Assembly (NCBI GenBank): GCA_020536535.1
Contig: JAHLWZ010000495.1
Span: 1 to 39,319, forward strand
Origin: Pelomyxa schiedti
Lineage: Eukaryota; Protista; Evosea
Reading direction: 5' to 3'
Length of the DNA: 39,319 bases
Notes under the pieces: generated by a model
The model's database searches: none
Seen by the model: the letters and a program-made list of their open reading frames with translations, nothing else
Told to the model about the DNA's origin: nothing
In this document: piece by piece, positions 1 to 8,805 of the stretch
Position numbering within the stretch: the stretch's first letter is position 1
Layout: the number at the start of each line of letters is the position of its first letter
Made by a program: the position numbers and the translations under genes

Positions 1-14
1 TGTTGGTGCTAGGG

Positions 15-955
15 TCATGGTTTGTCCTCTTCTACACGGAAAGTGATGACTGGTGGGAAACCAACGAGGTGCGTCATGTGGAATATCCCCCTCCATACAA
101 ACGGGTTGCACCAGAGCTGAGTGTGTTGGGTCCTTACTACATGCCCGAATTTTGTCTTGATGTTGCTCTTCACCTAGCGGGTGTGTGAGGTAAACCGAAC
201 GGCTGGGAAAACAGACATACTTTCGTGTACAGAACCTTTCCCTTGCCCCTGGCGTCTGGGTCCTTGATCTTCAGCCAAATGCGGTACATATTGACGTTGT
301 CACGAGCCCATGCAACTTGGACGAATACTGGCCCACTTTTTCCCCACTGGCATTCCCCACAGTTGATGATCCCTCCTTGCTTCTTTGTAACTGTCACTGA
401 CACAAGCAGCGCAGGCCCGCATTTCGATAATGTCACCGAGCCGAGGGTGTCAGTAATCGGCGGACCCAGAGTTTCCACTTCACCTGCCAAATCAGCGTTA
501 AATGCAAACTGTAATGATTCGTGACAACTGTTACCTTCTTCAGAGCCGGATGCACTTGGCTTTCCCTCCTCCTTCTCTTCCCCTTCATCTCCCTCTTTCT
601 CTCCAGAATCACTGCCTTTCTTTGAAAGTGAACTGCTGGACTCGCTCATCTTATCTCCAGATCCTTTAGATGACGTGGGGCTATGAAAGGTTGACGCCTT
701 CTTGCCAGATCCAGTCTGCGACGTGCCACTGGACGCAGCGTGTGACGTGCTACTAGGCTCAGTGTGAGAAGATGTGCTGCTAGATTCCATTTCTTCCTCC
801 GGTCGTGCCTCATCCCCAGATCCACTCAACGCCACATCAGCATCACCATCGTCAGGATCCTTGTTGTCGGCAAGTTGGGCGGTAAACTCGCGGCATCTTT
901 TGCAGTTGTGCCCACAGGCCTTCACACACTGGTGTCTGCAGCCACTACACTCCAT
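15..955 (-). CDS. Hypothetical protein: N-terminal Cys cluster, long Ser/Glu-rich linker, C-terminal beta-rich (possibly C2-like) domain
   Basis: ATG at 955 (MECSGCRHQCVKACGHNCKRC), with an in-frame stop just upstream in the post-gap copy. A 47-nt GTATGT..CTAG intron (174-220) joins LYTK to VKSNIKTKFGHVVRTQHTQLWCNPFVWRGIFHM, with stop at 15-17. The C2 resemblance (xRT....NP.W) is weak. Confidence 0.6.
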
Positions 956-1209
956 CTCGCTCACAGATCCTTGTTTATTTTGTTCAGTNNNNNNNNNNNN
1001 NNNNNNNNNNNNNNNNNNNNNNNNNNNNNNNNNNNNNNNNNNNNNNNNNNNNNNNNNNNNNNNNNNNNNNNNNNNNNNNNNNNNNNNNCGGCAAGTTGGG
1101 CGGTAAACTCGCGGCATCTTTTGCAGTTGTGCCCACAGGCCTTCACACACTGGTGTCTGCAGCCACTACACTCCATCTCGCTCACAGATCCTTGTTTATT
1201 TTGTTCAGT
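868..1209. other. Scaffold gap (100 N, 989-1088) flanked by an identical 121-bp duplication; likely assembly artefact
   Basis: 868-988 is identical to 1089-1209, and the gap is exactly 100 N. Confidence 0.85.
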
Positions 1210-1522
1210 GTGGTTTTAAGAGTCGTTACAGAGTTTCTAAATAGTTTCCAATATTATATTTTTTTCCTAGAACTTTATGTTATTGGTCGCCACCAAAAAT
1301 AAGTGGGTTCTAACCTGGTGACGAAACGTCGTTTACTCGCTAGATTGCCAATAAGATCTTATGATGGATCACCCCTCACGAACACTCTTTGGGGCTCGCA
1401 TGAACTCGAGGAGTGTGTGTCTGTTGTGTTGTCGTTCCACAGCCATTCCAGTGTTCCACTTCGCCATGGACGGTGGCTCTTTTCTCTCAAATCTCCACAA
1501 TCTGATTCAATTGCCCACAGTC

Positions 1523-1991
1523 GCGAATATTAGAAAAAGGCAAACACAGAAGCAAGAAGGAGCCAGGTGCATAAACTTACCTCGTTATCGTCGACATGCA
1601 GGGCAACAAAACGAGCAGCTCCCTCTCCGCCTCCTCCACGCACCAAGCTCCGTCGTGCGAAACCGACATGGAGCGCGAGTTGTCGGGTCTCCCGCCAGAC
1701 ATCAAGGCTCTGCTCATGGCCGCACCGTTCGGCCGAGACGCCCGCGGTGCTCCCCGCACCACCCAGCCAAATAGGCCCAGGAGGGGCACCCGCGCAGAGC
1801 AGAGCCTGGATGTCTTGCGGGAGACCCGACAACTCGCGCTCCATGTCGGCTTCGCACGACGGAGCTTGGTGTGTGGCGGAGAGGGAGCTGCTCGTTTTGT
1901 TGCCCTGCATGTCGCCGATTACGAGGCAAGTTTACCGCACCTGGCTCCTTCTTCTCCTTTTTCTTTTGTACTGCCTTCTTCTAATATTCGC
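1523..1991. repeat. Long inverted repeat (arms about 1523-1715 and 1797-1991, 81-nt spacer)
   Basis: The reverse complement of the right arm aligns to the left arm. Over 1596-1715 there are only 4 substitutions and one 6-nt indel. Convergent ORFs on both strands start MQGNKTSSSLSA. Confidence 0.95.
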
Positions 1992-3099
1992 AACCGCGGC
2001 AAGATTGCCCAGTGTACGTGGGGGTCATCCAGCATTTTTTCTTTCTGGAAATAAAGGATGGCAGCAGAACAAAAACTCTGTTCAGGCTCCGTAGTATAAC
2101 GGTTAGTATGGGAGATTTTGGCTCTCTTGATCTCAGTTCGATTCTGAGCGGGGCCACTCTTTTTTTTTTCCCCAACGTTCCTTGCCAAACACAACTTGGG
2201 TGGTAACCGTTGCCGATGATGCACACTTTATCCGGATCAACAATTGCTGTCTTTTTGTTAAAACTACTCACGGAACCAGGGAAGCCTGGGGACCGGTGGT
2301 TCCAAAAGTGTCTCCACAACAGCGTCGGACCCACAGCCCTGAGGCTAGGGTAGACCTGACCAATCCATGCCAGAAGGTGTATGTGGGTGAGTAAACTTTC
2401 CCGGAAACATCGAACTGACCTTCTAATGATGAATACTGGCCAACTATTTACCCCTTCATTACCGGATTTATCGATACACCGTCTGCATGGTATCGTCTTC
2501 TGCTTTAGAACGGGTGCATTTGAGGAAGGAGAAAAGTTTGCATTTTCTGTACTGGAAAAACTACTACTGGCTGGCCTGTAGTACAGAAATGGAGATCTCC
2601 CAGACTTTTTCTTTGCCAACACGTGTGTGGATCATGATATCATTAGAAGTGATCTGAAAAAAGCTGATGACGACCCACTGCTGAGAAGTATAATCAAACT
2701 CGCCTGGACTTGTTGCGAAAAATAGCTCCTACCTTGTTGGACCTCCCTGTCACCTTCCAGCAATACACATCTTTCTGCTGTTTTAGTGCTAAAGACTTTC
2801 TATTTCGTAGTGATGAGAATGCAACTGAATTGACCTCTGGTCTGTTCATGAACAGGTTTGTGCACTGGGTTGTCGCTGTACAACAGCGGCGATGCCTACA
2901 GGCACTTAAACGTATTTCCTCTGCCTATCGCTGCTTCGCAATAACTTGCACACTGTACAAGCATGCACTAAAGAACTAATTAGCAGAAAGGCTGAAGAAC
3001 TAGACATTTTACTTCTCACGCAAGAAAGAGTCCCTGAAAGCAGATATTACGAATCGTTTCCAATCCTTCTCGGAACGTCTGACAACCAGGCTGAGGGCA

Positions 3100-3850
3100 G
3101 TGGAGGAAGATTGTCTCTCTCCTGCAACCCACATGAGCACCCCCTTTGAAAATGCTACATTATTGAGATGTCAAGTTGAAGCCGAGGCAGCCATCATCAA
3201 AAATCTTACTCACTGGGTGCAGGAGAATGTCATTCAACCAGTAGTCAAGCATATTGAAGTGAGAGTACAAAACAGTTCCGCAATTTGGAAGACGACATTA
3301 TGAGAGAGACTTCTTCAGGCACAACATAGATTTAGCTTGTCACCTGTGAAAGTTCTGGCCACAGGGGCTAGTACTGCAGCGCAAGGCCCCTGTGCACTGC
3401 TTGCGGTTTTTTTTTGTGGACCTGTATTAGTGGCTGGGGTGCTCACTACATGTATTTCCGGAATTTTACTATTTCAAAGTCCATGATCATTGGGATAAAA
3501 AGAATATTCACAACTGCTCACTCATCCACCACAACATCAAGTTAGAGAATATCCTTGTACGAACAGAAGAGGAGCGAGTGACTGATGTAGTAGTGGCAGA
3601 TTTTGGCTTCAGCGTTGTTGACCCTATATGCTGCCCAGTTTTACCCTAGGCTACTACGCTCCCGAAATAGTTGCCCACAAGCCGTACAGCAATAGTATTG
3701 ACATATTTGCATTTGGAATTATGCTGGCGGAAATGACCCCCAAGCTCGAGTTGATGCGCACCAGAGTAAATGACAAGGGCTGGGAGATACACTCACTAAT
3801 AGCACCCAGCACACCACATTGTGGAATTGATATCTAAGTGCATGGCTATG
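3100..3850 (+). pseudogene. Degenerate protein kinase pseudogene
   Basis: Kinase-like segments: EAAIIKNLTH..NVIQ (alphaC region), IHNCSLIHHNIKLENILV (HRD changed to HHN), VVVADFGFS, then a frameshift to LGYYAPEIV..YSNSIDIFAFGIMLAEM. In-frame stops near 3301 and 3835. Stop-interrupted coding-like sequence extends upstream to about 2200. Confidence 0.8.
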
Positions 3851-4455
3851 GAGCACTCTAACCCTTCCAGTAAGCCTTAAGTAATTCAGTTGTATGTATG
3901 TACTTACAATCTTAACAGGGAGTTTAGTTGACAGTGACGCTAGCCTTAAAAAGAGTCCCAGTGTATGTACATTCTAGGACACTTGTATTTCACCTGTAAA
4001 AAAAAAATAAAACCAAGTGATGCAAAAATAAAAAAATGGTTGGTTGTTGTGGTTGCGTGCTTCACAAGGTTTTTTATGGAGTGCCCCAGGACACCTCACT
4101 CTTGGGTAAGAGATTAGTGTCACAGGGCGGGAGGGTTTGGTGAAGACAAATTCACCCTTTGCAGGTGAATCTGGCCTCTAAGACGAATGCCGAAGCATTA
4201 CATCTCGATGAAAGCTGTCTGCACGCAGTGTACTCTTCGCATTAAATTAAACAAAAGTGTATTTCGAGGAAGTAAAGTCACTTTATGCACTTCAACCAAC
4301 CGAAGTTTTTCTCTTTTTTGAGCACAGATATCCGCCATAGCGACTACCCCAAACTTGATTATGGCCCGAACCAAACTCGAAACCAGAAATTCTTTCTTCT
4401 TTTCCCATTACTTGTTACTTGGCCCGTTGGTTTTGTGTTGGATGTATTCTTCTAG

Positions 4456-5211
4456 CTACAAAATTGCGCAAGAAGGGAACATTTCTGTGGACCCTGGGAC
4501 TTCCACAAACACTGCACCACCATCAGCTTGTTCTGTGAAGTCGTAGGAGTTATCATGCAACCACTTCTTTATGGCAGGGCCAACACGCGCGACCCCTCGT
4601 TCACTGTGGTGTCCGGCACCGCAAATCTGTAAAGAAGAACCTCGGAAGTGAGTTCGCCTGGAAAAAGAGGGAGGGAGTCTCACCACTGTCAGTTTGTGGC
4701 AAGTTCCAGTTCCTTTGCAGTGCAACATACGTAGCTTGGATATTCTTTCTTTAAGATTGGTGACAGCCCCGTCCACAGTTTGGCCATGCAAATCAATTGA
4801 GAGAATGTTTCCAAATCTTTTGTTAGCAACATCGAAAACCTCGTCATTAGCCTTGGCCTACATCATGTCAATTAAAAGTTGCTATTGGATATTTCTTAAT
4901 AAAAAAAGAAAAGACCAGAAGTACCTACTTGAGCAATTTTCAGTTGTTCGCCGTGCCGTTTGCCTTCGTCGGACAATTGTTTGGCCCTGGCACCATCCCC
5001 GCGCTTGTAGGCAGCTGACAATTGAGAGAAGATATAGTGTCGAAACTCAGAAAATTGCCAACCATGTCGACCACACAAAAATCAAACCAGAGGCGTCTTC
5101 GAAACACTTGGATCTCAGCCTGGCCTCCTCGTCAGCCACGGCCCGCCACTTTGATACCACGCGTTGAATCTCCTCGGTCCCTTCTCCCCCAGCACTTTCG
5201 GTGGCTCCCAT
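4456..5211 (-). CDS. DUF1771 + Smr (small MutS-related) domain endonuclease-like protein
   Basis: Spliced model with 3 introns: MGATES...EEARLRSKCFEDAS|AAYKRGDGARAKQLSDEGKRHGEQ (DUF1771 helices), then ..SIDLHGQTVDGAV..KLTV|ICGAGHHS..VGPAIKKWL (Smr DLHG and GxGxHS motifs). Confidence 0.9.
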
Positions 5212-5304
5212 CGCAACGGTTTGAGCGATACAGTAGATCTGATCAATAATCTGCAAAATAAGACCGAGAACAAACCAAAAAAACGGCGGGCTGGGCATTG
5301 AGAG

Positions 5305-8300
5305 ATGGTGAGGGAAAAAGGCTCTCGACACACAAAGCCTTAACATGGAATAGGGTGCAGGGGACTCCCGTGGGACACAAGATGTAGGGCAGGAAATACC
5401 CCCTCAGTGTCAGGAAGTTAGCCCCGATGCATCCATTAACGTGCAAGACATCTGCGAAGAACTTCGAAGTCCACACTGTGATTACGATGCTCTGCACCTC
5501 TCGTGTATTTTACTTTTCCCCTTGTTCAAACAAGTCCTCACCCTTGTTACAGATTCCAAAATTGATGACGAGGGGGCAATAAAAATCTCACAGGCACTTA
5601 AATCAAACAAATCTTTGGTGGCTCTGCACCTCACTGGTTTTTTTTTCCCAACGTTCATTTGCCCTCACTGATTATGATAATAATGAAAATCCCAGGCAAC
5701 CAAATTGGGGATGGGGGAGCAGCTGGCTTTGGGAGTGCACTTGAAGTAAACAAGTCTTTGGTGAGTCTGCATCTCAGCTGTATGTCCTTGCCATATTCGC
5801 CTATTCATTCGCCTATTCATTCGCCTATTCTCTCAATTGTGGGTGATACTCAAACCAAATCAAATATATAATGACTAGTCAACCAAATTGGGGATGGGGG
5901 TGCTTCAAGTATTGCATGCGCACTGGAGTCAAACAAGTCACTGACGTATCTGGCTCTCAGTGGTGTGTCCCATAATTTGTTGGCTCTCTCTCCCCTTGAT
6001 CTCAACCAAACACATGAATGCCAGGAAACCAGATTGGTTATACGGGAGCTGCAAGGATTGCACGTGCCCTTGAATCAAATCAATCACTGGGTAGTCTGGA
6101 TCTCAGTGGTATGTCCCATAACTCGCTGCTACTTTCATAACCGAAATTCACCACCAGCCAACCAAATTTGTGATGGGGGAGCTGCACATATTGCACGAGC
6201 ACTCGAATCAAATAAGTCACTGGTGAGTCTGCACCTCAGTGGTGTGCTCCGTCATCCTCTTATATCCACCAATTAAAAAATGATCAGACAACCAAATTGG
6301 AGATGGAGGAGCAGCAAGCATTGCATGCGCAATTGAAGTAAGCAAGTCGTTGTTAAGTTTGCATCTCAGCTGTATTTCCCATCATCCTTTTCTCTGGTCA
6401 AGCTGACCCAAGAAAATAAATTCAATGCCTAGGTAACCAAATTGGAGATGAGGGAGCTGCAAGAATTGCGCATGCACTTGAATCAAACAAGTCGCTGGAG
6501 AGTCTTTATCTCGATGGTACAATCAACCATGCATTCACTCAAGCTCAAAATTAAATATCTAGTCAACCAAATTGGGCATGAGGGAGGATCAAAAATTGCA
6601 TGGGGACTTAGCTCAAACAAGTCCCTGGTGAATCTCTCTCTGGACGGTATATGTGTTCACCATCCATTTAATTGCACTTTGCAACTACGCGCGCTTACAC
6701 AGACCAAACAAATTAGACACCCAAATTGGGGAGGATAATGCAGCTACCATTGGACTTCTGATTGAATTAAACAAGCCACTACCAAGTGAAATGGCACCTG
6801 AAAATGGTATAATAGGCAGTACTCGTAATTTTTGAAATCCTTACAGGTCAAGAAGCCGGCAAAAATAATTCCTCACCACTAAGTACTGATGACTCTTCAA
6901 GTTCGTTATCGGCGGGAACTACTTCACTGCCAAATCAAAAACTTCCTCCGCAAGTTTCGTTGCAACAGATAGACAATAAGGTTGTGGCCCCAGGTGCCTC
7001 AGTTTGACTCAAATTCGACAGATAAGCTCCTTGCCATGTGGAACTCCTGTGAGAAATACACCAACGGAGCCAATGAACATCGCAGTTCCATCAGTTGGAA
7101 CACCTTCCCTTTCAGATTCCTCAACGACTTCAAACCCAATGACCCCAGCAGAAATAGTGAGCACTGCAACTCCAACTCCAACTGCAACTCCTACTCCAAC
7201 TGCAACCCCCGCTTTACGTGAGGAAAGGATGAAAACACCACCATTTCAAATACAAACAGCCAATGTTGATCAATTATGTGCCTGGCTTGAATCTATTGGG
7301 TTGGATGACGACTGCCTGAAGATCATCAAAGCAAACAAACTCCGAGGAAGAACACTTGCCAATTACTCCACGCAACAATTATGTATCCTGGGTATTGTTG
7401 TTGGTGATGCAGAATTCATAGTGGAGGAGGTAAAATCACATTTAGCAAGCCATCCAGAGCAATCACTCTGCTTGCAACAAAACATCGTTCCCTGGTTCTT
7501 TCACTCTTTTTTTTCCTAAAGACCTAAACTGATTCTACAGTCAATCTCCTATTATATCCACAGAGTCGCAAGTTGATCTTGTTCCAAAACAATTTGGTAC
7601 CACTTAATGAGGGAGGAGAGAAAAAACTTTAGGCCTTATTATTGTTCTTCCCCAGGGGCAATATCCCTTTCCAGTTCTGCACTGAATTATAAGTGCTTTG
7701 CATTTACTATTGGAAACGAGTCTTATGTGGGGCGATATGCCCTTAAGAACGCTAGAAATGATGCAGAAACTGTTTCCAAGGTTTACCCCTTATTTTTCCG
7801 CTTTTGTTCACAGCCTTGTTTTCCGGAATTGGCTTCTTCAGTTCTTGAAGAACACATGCCATTTTGAAGTTGTCTGCCACACAGACATTCCAAATCGGCA
7901 GGAGTTCATCAGTAACTTGGAGAAGTTCAAAGCAACTTTGAAGGAGCAAAAAAAGGCAAGAAACAAGGTGTGTCTGGAGGACCGTTTTATTTACAAACTC
8001 ACAGCATATACAAGGTCGCAACTATCTTTTATTTTGCCGGACATGGAAGGCAAATGAAAGGGCACAATTTATTGTTAATGACCGCCGACGAAACTGCTTT
8101 TGAAGAGCCCAACTTCGAGTGCCTGAAGAGCAAAGCAGTACTGCTTGGAGATGTTCTTGATGGGATAAAGAAATACTCCGACCTGACAATCGGAATCCTT
8201 GATGCCTGTCGGGAGTCTCCTCTCGCTGATGAGGATGAAAGCAGGGTGTGTCGTTCAGAAATGTCTGCCTGAATAGACTCACTCTTGCACTTTTGCACTT

Positions 8301-8756
8301 CCCTATATCATGAAAAAGTGGAACGCTGACTTGGCGTTCCTCAAATAATGTTTTACTAGACCCGCGGAGGTTCGGAACCTGAATCACACCACAAATTGAC
8401 AAGAGAAAGTTTTCCCACTGGGTGCATTGTCATGTATCCAACAAGCCCTGGTATGTATTTGTTTCTTTGAGAAAATTAAATAACGATATCTCATAGGGAA
8501 GGGCACCTTGGATGCCTGCAAATTGCCCAATCACAAAAACCATGGCTTCTTCACTGGTTGTTTCCTGGAAGGTTTCCCAGTCCATTCCATTCATAACAAA
8601 ATTACTCACCGGCATTTAGTGGTGGAGAAGGCTAGCCCAGGCACACCATGGAGTGACATTGAGGGTGCCATAATCCTGCTAGTGCAGTCCCTATCCAGTG
8701 GCAGGCAAACACCCTGGATTTCAAAGAGTGTTGGGACTCGTTTTGCTCTCTTCTAA
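5305..8756 (+). CDS. LRR (RI/NLRC3-like) - SAM - caspase-like peptidase C14 (p20+p10) fusion protein, predicted N-myristoylated
   Basis: ATG-only exon 1 (5305-5307), then a 46-nt intron, giving MGAGDS. Eight 84-nt LRR exons (NQIGDGGA..IA.ALE.NKSL..L.L). Thr/Pro linker. SAM-like segment VDQLCAWLESIGLDD..IIKANKLRGRTL..LCILGIVVGDAEFI. C14 motifs IGNESY..LKNARNDA, FYFAGHG (His 8042-8044), ILDACR (Cys 8207-8209), TRGG..GCIVMYPTSPG, HGFFTGCFL, GRQTPWISKSV..F. The frame is continuous using canonical GT-AG introns; stop 8754-8756. Confidence 0.9.
5795..5830. repeat. Intronic tandem repeat (ATTCGCCTATTC) x3
   Basis: Three perfect 12-nt copies in the intron between LRR exons 5696-5779 and 5879-5962. 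Confidence 0.9.
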
Positions 8757-8805
8757 GTTCTATCACGTGGAAAACTTTTGGTAATTTTTTTAAATTTTGA
8801 GCGAT

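Noticed and set aside
868-1209. Apparent 121-bp tandem duplication in the first gene
   Set aside because: The copies are identical and sit on either side of a 100-N placeholder, which is typical of unmerged contig overlap.
5345-5353. ATG GAA TAG suggesting a premature stop or stop-codon reassignment
   Set aside because: It lies inside a well-formed intron (5308-5353). Other genes here end normally at TAA, TAG or TGA.
5553-6646. Regularly spaced repeats resembling a CRISPR array
   Set aside because: The repeats are in-frame LRR exons and the spacers are GT-AG introns.
8022-8760. Minus-strand ORFs suggesting a C-terminal extension of the receptor kinase
   Set aside because: The plus strand encodes the caspase p20/p10 motifs here, and the kinase has its own stop at 8806.
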